Assembly: GCA_963796055.1 (NCBI GenBank)
Contig: CAWCKH010000004.1
Span: forward strand, 736,001 to 800,000
DNA from: an uncultured delta proteobacterium
GTDB taxonomy: Bacteria > Myxococcota > Myxococcia > Myxococcales > Myxococcaceae
DNA: 64,000 nucleotides
Reading direction: 5' to 3'
Below the pieces are notes generated by a model that worked only from the letters and a program-made list of their open reading frames with translations, was not told where the DNA came from and searched no databases. A program made the position numbers and the translations under genes. Below, in pieces: positions 51,559 through 59,984 of this stretch; positions within the stretch are counted from its first letter, which is position 1; the number at the start of each line of letters is the position of its first letter.

Positions 51559-52869
51559 ATGAAGAACTCACGACTGATCGGATCGCTGGTGGTCGGCCTC
51601 ACGCTCGCGTGGGCCGTGCCGGCGTTGGCGCAGAACAGTGACAACCCCGAATGTCTCGGCACCGAGTGCGGCGCGCCCAAGGAAGAGGGCGGCGGCTGTG
51701 GCTGCGGCTGCGGTTGCTCGGTGTGGGTGAGCTACACCGACGACGGCAAGACGCTGTCCTACACCGACGACGCCGATGGTGATGGCAAGTCCGACGGCTT
51801 CGACAACTGCCCCTTCGTCGCCAACCGCGACCAGGCCGACGGCGACGGTGACGGCGTGGGCAATGCCTGCGACAACTGCTCCAGCGTTGCCAATCCCGAC
51901 CAGCGCGACACCGACGGCGATGGCAAGGGTGACGCCTGCGATGACGACAGCGACGGCGACGGCATCCTCAACGCCCAGGACAACTGCCCCAACATTCCCA
52001 ACGCCGACCAGCTCGACACCGACCAGGATGGCAAGGGCGATGCCTGTGACGAGGACGACGACAACGACGGCGTCGCCGACGCGGCGGACCACTGCCCCCG
52101 CTACCACGATGCCAGCAACCCCCCCACCGTCGCCGGCGTGCAGTGCGTGGTGGACTCCGACAATGACGGCGTCGACGATGCCCGCGACAACTGCCCCACC
52201 GTGGCCAACGTCGACCAGAAGGACACCGACAACGACGGCATCGGTGACGCCTGCGACAAGGACATCGACAACGACGGCGTGCTGAATGCCCAGGACAACT
52301 GCGTCAAGGACGCCAACGCCGACCAGCGCGACGACGACGGCGACGGCGTGGGCGACGTCTGCGACCCGAAGTACTGCGTGGTTGTCGACCCGTCCAACCC
52401 CAACGCCTGCCTCGACCCCAACGCCGCCTTCGCGGTGAGCGCCGGTGGCAGCATCACCCTCAAGCGGGGTGAGGCCCTGCGGCTGCCGCTGTTCGCCAAC
52501 CGCAACAACGTGGGCATCAGCTACAGCTGGACCGTCAGCACGCGGCCCTCCGGCTCTTCAGCCGCGGTCCAGAACCCCATCGGCGTGGCCAGCGTCAGCC
52601 GTCACTGGAGCTACGCGTACCCCGACGCGGTGGGCAAGCCGACCTTCACTCCGGATTCGGATGGCGACTTCACCCTGCAGCTGACCGCGAAGATGGTGAC
52701 CCCGGATGCGCGTTACCCCGGGGTGAGCCAGTCCACCGCGGCGCTGACGGTGAAGGTCCAGCCGAGTGCCTCGGCCAGCGGCGGCTGCACCGCGCTGCCC
52801 CTGGGCGCTCCGGGCGTGGGTCTGGCCCTCGCCGCCCTCGGTCTCCTCGTCCGCCGTCGCCGGCAGTAA
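51559..52869 (+). CDS. mtsC: Thrombospondin type-3 repeat MYXO-CTERM protein (MtsC-like), copy 2, intact
   Basis: Signal peptide, [26 protein letters not shown]3 repeats, [15 protein letters not shown] tail. Confidence 0.85.
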   Translation: MKNSRLIGSLVVGLTLAWAVPALAQNSDNPECLGTECGAPKEEGGGCGCGCGCSVWVSYTDDGKTLSYTDDADGDGKSDGFDNCPFVANRDQADGDGDGVGNACDNCSSVANPDQRDTDGDGKGDACDDDSDGDGILNAQDNCPNIPNADQLDTDQDGKGDACDEDDDNDGVADAADHCPRYHDASNPPTVAGVQCVVDSDNDGVDDARDNCPTVANVDQKDTDNDGIGDACDKDIDNDGVLNAQDNCVKDANADQRDDDGDGVGDVCDPKYCVVVDPSNPNACLDPNAAFAVSAGGSITLKRGEALRLPLFANRNNVGISYSWTVSTRPSGSSAAVQNPIGVASVSRHWSYAYPDAVGKPTFTPDSDGDFTLQLTAKMVTPDARYPGVSQSTAALTVKVQPSASASGGCTALPLGAPGVGLALAALGLLVRRRRQ

Positions 52870-52919
52870 GCCGGCTCCGGCCCCCGGGGGTTTCAGGTCA
52901 ACCCAGCGATCCGACGAAC

Positions 52920-54863
52920 GTGAACTCGAAATCCCCGTTGTTCCTCACCACGGCGAGCGCCCTGCTCGCCGTGGTGTTGTCGTCCTGTAGCGGCGCCGCG
53001 CTGGAGAAGAAGGCGACGCAGGTCAACGCGCTCGACAATCACCTGTCGGTGCGCGGCCGGGTGTGCACCGATCCTCCGGACCCCAACGGCTTCCCCGTGA
53101 AGGTGGTGATGCTGGTCGACCAGTCCGGGTCGATGTGCATCAGCGACCCGCCGGGCAGCCAAGGCGCCGCCGGGCTGTGCGAGCAGTTCGCGACCGCGGT
53201 GGGCATCCAGACCCCGGCGCGGGTCCGCGCGCTCCAGGCGCTGACCCAGCAGTTCGCGGCCCAGCCCAACGTCCAGGTGAGCATCGTCCCCTGGGACACC
53301 AACGTGAAGAACGTCTGGCCACCGGTGGCGACCGGTCAGCGCTTCGCCCGGCCCATCGGGATCGACACCTACCTCCAGAACCTCCAGGCCCAGCTGGGCA
53401 AGGGCACCGACTTCCAGGGAGCGCTGTCCTACGCCTACGGGGTCATCGCCTCGGACATCGCGGACACCAACACCAACAACCCGCAGCTGTTGCCCCGGAC
53501 GCGCTACGTGGTGGTGCTGCTCACCGACGGAACGCCGTATCCCCGCTGCTCGGCGAACGACAACCTCAGCCAGTACGCCGACCCCACCCACCCCGAGCTG
53601 ATCTGGGCGGACTCGCTGCCCGACTTCTGCAACCTGACCGACGCCGCAGGCACCGATGCGATCAACGGCTTCGTCCCCGGGACCGACCGCAACCAGAACT
53701 ACCAGATCTTCAGCTACGTCGATCAGCTGATGCAGCTGAAGCCCGCGTACAACGTGGGCGACATCCGGCTGCACACCGTGCTGCTCTTCAGCGATCAGGG
53801 CATCGCCACCTGCAATTCGATCGGGCTGCTCTGCCAGGACATCTACGGCGTGTATCCCAACACCGCTCCGGCGGATTACCCGATGGCTGCTCACCAGGTG
53901 GCCACCTGGCTGCTCCAGCAGATGGCGGCCCGGGGGAACGGCGTGTTCCAGGAGTTCCGGAACAACGACATCCAGAACCTCGGCCTGGGCGCGCTGGACT
54001 ACACCTCGCTGGCCAGCAAGAACGTGGTCAAGTCGCTCATCGTCCGCTCCCTGCGCAGCATCCCCGACGGGAACGGCCGGGCTGTGGACAGCGACGGCGA
54101 CGGGCTGAAGGACGACCAGGACCAGCCCTTCGTCAACGGCAGCAACCAGTTCATCGGCGACTCCGACGGCGACTGCTTCGACGACCACTTCGAGGTCATC
54201 CACTCCGACCTGGGCTTCACCGCCAGCAAGAAGGACGTCCGGGGCTGCGATCCGGCCTCGCCGCTGACCCGGAACTGCGTGTGCCGGGACACCGACGGTG
54301 ACGGGCTGAGCCAGTTCGCCGAGACCTACCTCAAGACCCGCGCCGCGCTGGTCGACTCGGACGGCGACGGGCTGCCCGACGGGCTGGAGGCGGTCTACGG
54401 GCTGGATCCGCTGAGCCGCAACTACAACGTCGACACCGACAACGATGGCATCGCCGACGACGAGGAGATCCGCGCCGGCACCGACCCCACCCGACCTGAC
54501 CGCAACCTGTACGACCTCGCCGCCGTGCAGTACACCACCTCGGCCGAGGTGCAGACCGACGGCAGCGTCTGCTACGACTACGTGGTGAGCAACCTCGAGC
54601 TGGTGACCCCGCCGAACGGCGTGGGCGCCGCCCAGGCGGGATACAATCTCTTCAAGGTGTGGTTCGCCGAGGCCCCGGAGAGCGCGGTGTCGTCCGACTA
54701 CGGAGTGTGGAAGGCCGCCTGCGCCTGGGCCCAGTACGACGCATCCGGCATCCGCGTGCCGGCGGGGCCTGACATCCAGGTGGACAACGCCGCCTTCCTC
54801 CCGCCCAACCTCCTGATCAGCGATCCGGACTACCTGACTCGCTGCGTGGGGACCCCACCGTGA
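52920..54863 (+). CDS. mtsD: VWA plus TSP3-like lipoprotein, MtsD-like
   Basis: Lipobox LSSC; MIDAS DQSGS..GT..LTDG; DSDGDG repeats. Confidence 0.78.
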   Translation: MNSKSPLFLTTASALLAVVLSSCSGAALEKKATQVNALDNHLSVRGRVCTDPPDPNGFPVKVVMLVDQSGSMCISDPPGSQGAAGLCEQFATAVGIQTPARVRALQALTQQFAAQPNVQVSIVPWDTNVKNVWPPVATGQRFARPIGIDTYLQNLQAQLGKGTDFQGALSYAYGVIASDIADTNTNNPQLLPRTRYVVVLLTDGTPYPRCSANDNLSQYADPTHPELIWADSLPDFCNLTDAAGTDAINGFVPGTDRNQNYQIFSYVDQLMQLKPAYNVGDIRLHTVLLFSDQGIATCNSIGLLCQDIYGVYPNTAPADYPMAAHQVATWLLQQMAARGNGVFQEFRNNDIQNLGLGALDYTSLASKNVVKSLIVRSLRSIPDGNGRAVDSDGDGLKDDQDQPFVNGSNQFIGDSDGDCFDDHFEVIHSDLGFTASKKDVRGCDPASPLTRNCVCRDTDGDGLSQFAETYLKTRAALVDSDGDGLPDGLEAVYGLDPLSRNYNVDTDNDGIADDEEIRAGTDPTRPDRNLYDLAAVQYTTSAEVQTDGSVCYDYVVSNLELVTPPNGVGAAQAGYNLFKVWFAEAPESAVSSDYGVWKAACAWAQYDASGIRVPAGPDIQVDNAAFLPPNLLISDPDYLTRCVGTPP

Positions 54864-56668
54864 TCTCCCAGCGGGCGCGGCTGGTCGCCGCGGCCCTGGC
54901 GGGGATGCTCGGCCTCGGGGTCGCCTGCACGCAAAGTTACCTCTACGACGAACGCCGGCGGGACCAGCTGCCGACGGACCGGACCATCACCCTCGAGGGT
55001 CGCTTCTGCACTCTGGGGACCAACGACGTGGTCCGGCCGATCAAAATCCTCTTCGCCTTCGACGCCTCGCAGTCGATGCGGGTGAGCGATCCCAACGGCA
55101 CCCGGGCCTTCGCGGTGGTGCAGCTGCTCAACTCGCTGCCTCGCGACCCGAACATCGAGTTCAGCGTGATGCTCTTCGCCGGGAGCACCACCGCCTCGCT
55201 CACCAAGAGCGGGCTGGCGGAGTTCGAGCCGCTGCTCTCCTACACCCCGGCGGACTTCACCGCGCTCGAGGACCAGATCCTCAACTTCACCAACCCCAAC
55301 GCCAACCGCGACTCGACCGACTTCATCAAGGCGCTGTCGGAGATCTACGCCATCCTCAGCACCGACATCACCGCCAACCGCAACGCGGCGGTGGGCGCGC
55401 AGACCGACGCCCGGCCGCGGTACATCGTCATCTTCCTCTCCGACGGTCATCCCACCTTCAACCAGGACGACGAGCTCTTCCAGGGCGATGCGGTGAAGCG
55501 GATCCGCCAGCTGCGAATCCTGGTGGACGACGTGATCTTCAACACCGTCCACGTCTTCGCCCCGGTACAGCCGGTGTCCAGCATCTGCGACGTGACCGGC
55601 GACGCCGGCTGCCCGCTGCTGATCGTCAACCAGGACGCCGAGCGGCTGGAGAAGATGGCCACTCTCGGCGGAGGCAACTTCCGCGACTTCCGGAACAACG
55701 AGCAGGTCAACTTCCTCAACTTCAACATCGGGCAGACCCGGCGGGCGTACGTGCTCAAGGAGTTCGTCGCCTCCAACATGTCCGCCCCGGCCGACTCGCC
55801 GCCGGATGCCGGGGACAGCGACCGCGACGGGCTGACCGACGACGACGAGCTCGCGCTCGGGACGGACCCCAACAACCCCGACACCGATGGCGACGGCTTC
55901 GGCGACGGGGTCGAGGTCCACTTCTCCAAGCTGGGGGCGAGCTTCAACCCCCTGGGCTTCATGCTCCCCGACGGCGGCGGGCTCGATCCCGGCTGCCCGC
56001 CGGCGCTCCGCGGCGTGGACAGCGACTGCGACGGCATCAACGATTGCGACGAGCAGATCATCGGCACCAACTCGACGCTGATCGACTCGGACAGCGACGG
56101 CATGCCGGACAGCATCGAGTGGCAGCTGCAGACGCAGCCCTCGGCGCAGGACCTGGACGAGGACCCGGACAACGACGGCCTCTCCAACCGCAACGAGGTG
56201 CGGCTGCACACCAACCCCCTGCTGGCCGACACCGAGACGCTGGGCGTGAACGGCTACCGCTACGTGCTGGAGGAGGACGGCCCGGTCGACGACCAGGGCC
56301 GCCAGTGCTACCGCTTCCGGGTGGAGAACGTGTCGCTGGCGCCCACCGTGGCCTTCCGGCCCGATGGGGGCGTGGCGCTGCCGGACGGCGGCCAGCTCTT
56401 CCGGCCCGACGGGGGGCTGGTCTTCCCTGACGGAGGCATCGGGTACGGTCCGGGGTTCAACGAGATCCAGCTCTCCATCGCCATGCTCCCGGCCGACGAC
56501 CCCGCGGGCCGCACCATCCTCCGCACCTACCACACCACCGCCGCGCGCTATCCGGTGGGGGGGATCAAGCAGACGGTGGACGGCGTCATCCGCGTCGAGC
56601 CCACCGACTTCATTCCCACCTGCTACGTGCCGCCCACCGTGGACGGCGGCGTCGACGGAGGCCCCTGA
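54860..56668 (+). CDS. mtsE: VWA plus TSP3-like lipoprotein, MtsE-like
   Basis: Lipobox GVAC; MIDAS DASQS..T..LSDG; DSDRDGL/DTDGDG repeats; PDGG repeats near the C-terminus. Confidence 0.75.
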   Translation: MISQRARLVAAALAGMLGLGVACTQSYLYDERRRDQLPTDRTITLEGRFCTLGTNDVVRPIKILFAFDASQSMRVSDPNGTRAFAVVQLLNSLPRDPNIEFSVMLFAGSTTASLTKSGLAEFEPLLSYTPADFTALEDQILNFTNPNANRDSTDFIKALSEIYAILSTDITANRNAAVGAQTDARPRYIVIFLSDGHPTFNQDDELFQGDAVKRIRQLRILVDDVIFNTVHVFAPVQPVSSICDVTGDAGCPLLIVNQDAERLEKMATLGGGNFRDFRNNEQVNFLNFNIGQTRRAYVLKEFVASNMSAPADSPPDAGDSDRDGLTDDDELALGTDPNNPDTDGDGFGDGVEVHFSKLGASFNPLGFMLPDGGGLDPGCPPALRGVDSDCDGINDCDEQIIGTNSTLIDSDSDGMPDSIEWQLQTQPSAQDLDEDPDNDGLSNRNEVRLHTNPLLADTETLGVNGYRYVLEEDGPVDDQGRQCYRFRVENVSLAPTVAFRPDGGVALPDGGQLFRPDGGLVFPDGGIGYGPGFNEIQLSIAMLPADDPAGRTILRTYHTTAARYPVGGIKQTVDGVIRVEPTDFIPTCYVPPTVDGGVDGGP

Positions 56669-56702
56669 GCGCTCCGGTGCCCCGGGCTTGCGAGGAGGAT
56701 CG

Positions 56703-58994
56703 ATGAGCCGTGCCGTTCCCGGCGCCCGGACGCTCTGGGCCCCGAGCTTCGTGGCTGGTCTGCTGCTGGTGGCGGCCGCCGCCGGCTGCTTCAAGGGCGA
56801 GGTGGGCGGGGCGCCCGAACCGCCGATCACCCATCCGGACCTGAACTGCAACACCGCGCAGGATGCGGCGGCGAACGCCGAGTGCCGGCTTCAGCTGGGC
56901 ACCGAGACCCAGGAGTACATCCAGCAGCCGGGGGACAAGGACTGGTGGGTGGTCAACGTGGGGACGTTGCCCCCGCGGGCCATCGTCCACGTGGTGGCCG
57001 GCTACAAGCCCGGAGCCGGGCAGGACGCGGGCAACTTCAACACCGCGGTCAACTTCCAGATCAACGTGCTCGACTCGGTCAACGGAGCGGTGTCGAGCAG
57101 CCTCGCCTCCGGGGCGGACCCGCACGGTTCCAACCCGCCCACCATGCTGGACCTGACCTTCCGCTACAGCAAGGGCAGCAACGACCTGTACATCCTGGTG
57201 CAGGACGACACCGGCAAGAAGTACGACAACCTCTCGCCTTACACGATCCGCGTGGAGGTGGTGCCCGATCCGGACTCCAACGAGCCCAACGAGACACCGG
57301 CGACCGCCACCCCCATCCCTCTGACCGCCGGGCAGGGAAGCGGGGGCGGGTTCATCGCCACGCCGGGTGACCTCGACTACTTCTCGATCGCCTCGCCCAA
57401 CCCGAACTCGGTGATGTGGATCCGCGTCGGGCAGGATCCGGCGTTCCCCTCGCCCCCGCCGCACCGCTACCGGCTGGAGTACTTTCTTCGAGATCCCGCA
57501 GGGACGGTGGTGGCCACCGACTCGTCCTCCGCCGGCTCGCTGGTCAGCCAGGCGCTGGTACAGATCGGCACCGCGCGGCTGCTCAAGTCCACGGGGACCT
57601 ACACGCTCGAGGTGCGCGGGTACGTCGATCCCAACAACCAGACCGTCATCCCGCCGGGGGACCTCAACTTCAAATACAAGGTGGAGATCATCATCGTCCC
57701 CCTTCAAGACCCGCCGGAGCCCAATGACACCATCGACGATGCCAAGGCCAAGCCCACCCCGGACCTGACCCTGGCCGGCGGGGGATCGTCCGGCACCATC
57801 TCCGGGCGGATAAGCTTCGTGCCCGATCCGGACTACTACCGGGTACGGCTCGGCGGCGCCTCGGCCGCACCCCATCTACTGCACTTCAAGGTGACGCCCT
57901 CGGCCGCGCCGGCCCGGTTCCCGCCGGTGCCGGGCATCAAGGATCGGCTGCTGCAGATCTCCACCGAGGTTCCCGCGGGCTCGCAGAGCGAGTGCGCCGC
58001 CGGTGACGCCGGGGTGTGCATCATCAGCGCGCCCCAGAGCAACTACAACTATCCGATCGCCACCAACCTCTGTCAGGCGCCCACGCCGCAGTGCCTGCAG
58101 GCGACACGGTACGAGAACCACGACGCGACACCGAAGTTCCCGAACCTCGCCAACTTCGAGGGCGTCCTCCAGGTCCCGCCGCACGCTGCGAACCAGGATT
58201 ACTTCCTCCTCTTCGAGGACGAGGGCACCAACTGGGCGGACGACACCGACTACACCATCCTCGTCGAGTGGCTGAACGAGCCCGAGCCTGCCCTGGAGGC
58301 CATCCCCGAGGCGCAGCGCCCCGCCACCATGGCCGCCGGAGCGGGCGCGACCCCGCTCAGCGGGTACCTGAGCTACGGAATCGGGGCCACCGACACCAGC
58401 CTGGGCATCGCGCCGATCACCGACGTGAAGGACTACGACGGCCGGGGCGACGACGTGGACACCTTCGCGGTGGCCGTGCCGGTGGGCGCGGTGGCCGACG
58501 CCCGCCTGTTCTTCCAGTGGCGCATCCCCTCGGCGACGTTGAACGGGGCCCCGTACGACCTGGGCATCCGCCTCGGCTTCTGCGTCCCGGACGGCGGGGT
58601 GGACTGCGCCACCGTGCAGACGCGCACCCAGAACGGCGGGAGCCAGCTGGGGCTGATCTACGAGACCGACCCGGTGACCTCGTGGTGGAACTTCGCACCT
58701 CAGGTCACTCCGCTCGAGCCGGCCTACGACCGCTCGTACTCGGGCGTCATGCCCACCGGCAACGTGCTCACCGTGCTCCGCGACTACGCCTGCGGCTGCC
58801 TGGAGCAACGGCTGGTCCCCGCCTCGGGGACGGCGACGATGTTCGTCTCGGTGTTCCCCATCAACCGCCAGACCTGGGACACCACGGTGCCCTACACGGT
58901 GGAGACGGGCTTCGGGACCTACCCGTACAGCTTCACCGCCAACGGCGGGGCGACGGTCAGCTGCCCCGCAGTCTGCAACTTCACCAAGAACTAG
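56703..58994 (+). CDS. mtsF: Large lipoprotein with PPC-like repeats, MtsF-like
   Basis: GAGGAGG RBS; lipobox AAGC; EPN(E/D)T..A and G.I....D.DY(F/Y) repeats. Confidence 0.7.
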   Translation: MSRAVPGARTLWAPSFVAGLLLVAAAAGCFKGEVGGAPEPPITHPDLNCNTAQDAAANAECRLQLGTETQEYIQQPGDKDWWVVNVGTLPPRAIVHVVAGYKPGAGQDAGNFNTAVNFQINVLDSVNGAVSSSLASGADPHGSNPPTMLDLTFRYSKGSNDLYILVQDDTGKKYDNLSPYTIRVEVVPDPDSNEPNETPATATPIPLTAGQGSGGGFIATPGDLDYFSIASPNPNSVMWIRVGQDPAFPSPPPHRYRLEYFLRDPAGTVVATDSSSAGSLVSQALVQIGTARLLKSTGTYTLEVRGYVDPNNQTVIPPGDLNFKYKVEIIIVPLQDPPEPNDTIDDAKAKPTPDLTLAGGGSSGTISGRISFVPDPDYYRVRLGGASAAPHLLHFKVTPSAAPARFPPVPGIKDRLLQISTEVPAGSQSECAAGDAGVCIISAPQSNYNYPIATNLCQAPTPQCLQATRYENHDATPKFPNLANFEGVLQVPPHAANQDYFLLFEDEGTNWADDTDYTILVEWLNEPEPALEAIPEAQRPATMAAGAGATPLSGYLSYGIGATDTSLGIAPITDVKDYDGRGDDVDTFAVAVPVGAVADARLFFQWRIPSATLNGAPYDLGIRLGFCVPDGGVDCATVQTRTQNGGSQLGLIYETDPVTSWWNFAPQVTPLEPAYDRSYSGVMPTGNVLTVLRDYACGCLEQRLVPASGTATMFVSVFPINRQTWDTTVPYTVETGFGTYPYSFTANGGATVSCPAVCNFTKN

Positions 58995-59025
58995 GCCCGC
59001 CCGGTCGAAAACGGCGAGGAGAGCT

Positions 59026-59472
59026 TCAGGGAGCGACCGCCGGACCGCAGCTCACGTCCACCGTCTTGACGGGCTTGTTCTCGGCGTTGGAGTTGATGGT
59101 CAGTGTCCCGGTGATGGTCTCGCCCACGGCGGTGGGCTTGCAGGTCATGTAGATGAACGCCGTCTGGTTGGATTTCACCGTGTTGCTCTGGGTGCCGTCC
59201 GACGCCTGGATCAACGTGGTGTTCCCCAGCGTCCACCCTGGCTGGGCGTCCAGCGCATATACGCTCACCACCAGGTCCTGCTGACCCTTGTTGGTGACCT
59301 GCAGGGTCTGATTGTGCTGCTGGCCTGCGAAGATCGCCTGGTCCACGATAGAGTCGCGGTCGGTGACGATCTGCGGCTTCGGCGGCAGATCGGCGGAGCC
59401 CGAGTCACCACCGCAAGCAATTCCTGCGGCGCCGATCAGCACCGCGCAAGAGACGAGAAGACGCTTGATCAT
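59026..59472 (-). CDS. Small lipoprotein with a single Ig-like (ASH-like) domain
   Basis: Lipobox GIAC; TLQVTNKGQQDLVV..GTLTINSNA; TAGACT (-10-like) 7 nt before the ATG. Confidence 0.72.
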   Translation of the reverse strand: MIKRLLVSCAVLIGAAGIACGGDSGSADLPPKPQIVTDRDSIVDQAIFAGQQHNQTLQVTNKGQQDLVVSVYALDAQPGWTLGNTTLIQASDGTQSNTVKSNQTAFIYMTCKPTAVGETITGTLTINSNAENKPVKTVDVSCGPAVAP

Positions 59473-59980
59473 GAAAAGAAGTCTACCGGCCCAGGCCAGC
59501 CCCTTCCAGAGACGAACCGCGCTCGTCGCGGGGCTGCTGGTGTGGCTTTGTGGGTGTAGCAGCGGTCGCGATGACTTCATTGGTGCGCGGGTGAAGGACA
59601 GCTGCAACGGGAGCTGGCCGGTGTGCAACCAGACCGCGAGCTGCTTCATCGGCGACCAGAGCTACATCGAGGGGCGCTTCCCCGGACAGGGGAAGATCAT
59701 CGTCCGGCTCGAGGAGCCGAGCGAGGTGAAGGTCAGCTTCTACTTCGACGACATCTCGGCGGTGGGCACCCTGACCTCCATCGTCTGGTACGAGACCGGG
59801 TGCAAGGCCAGCTCACGCGAGGACGTGGAGGGGAAGACCGTGGCCACCGAGTCGAACTCCACCGGGGTCTTCGAGCGGAGCAAGAATCTTCTCGAGAAGG
59901 ATGAGCACCTCATCTCCTTCAAGAGCGACCTCGAGGCGACCTACCTCATGAAGGTGGAGATCACCCCGACGGTTTTCTAG
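59471..59980 (+). CDS. Lipoprotein, hypothetical
   Basis: Lipobox LCGC; strong GC3 bias downstream; the only in-frame ATG before the lipobox is 59471. Confidence 0.7.
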   Translation: MKRSLPAQASPFQRRTALVAGLLVWLCGCSSGRDDFIGARVKDSCNGSWPVCNQTASCFIGDQSYIEGRFPGQGKIIVRLEEPSEVKVSFYFDDISAVGTLTSIVWYETGCKASSREDVEGKTVATESNSTGVFERSKNLLEKDEHLISFKSDLEATYLMKVEITPTVF

Positions 59981-59984
59981 ATCT

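Larger units (their letters stand above)
48290..52862 (+). repeat. Direct repeat of about 1.24 kb (about 48290-49530 and 51628-52862), the two mtsC copies
   Basis: Near-identical nucleotide sequence, including rare T-ending synonymous codons. Confidence 0.95.

Noticed and set aside
48420..52370. Periodic GACAACTGC/GACGGCGAC repeats as a CRISPR array
   Set aside because: They are degenerate in-frame codons of TSP3 repeats. There is no constant repeat-spacer structure and no cas gene.
49738..52869. 1043-aa ORF as one giant adhesin
   Set aside because: Its first ~600 codons are an off-frame reading of mtsB plus intergenic DNA. The real gene starts at ATG 51559 with its own promoter and signal peptide.
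48224..52869. TraA/TraB kin-recognition genes
   Set aside because: There is no beta-barrel/OmpA domain (TraB) and no PA14-like domain (TraA). Architecture and gene order fit the mts locus.
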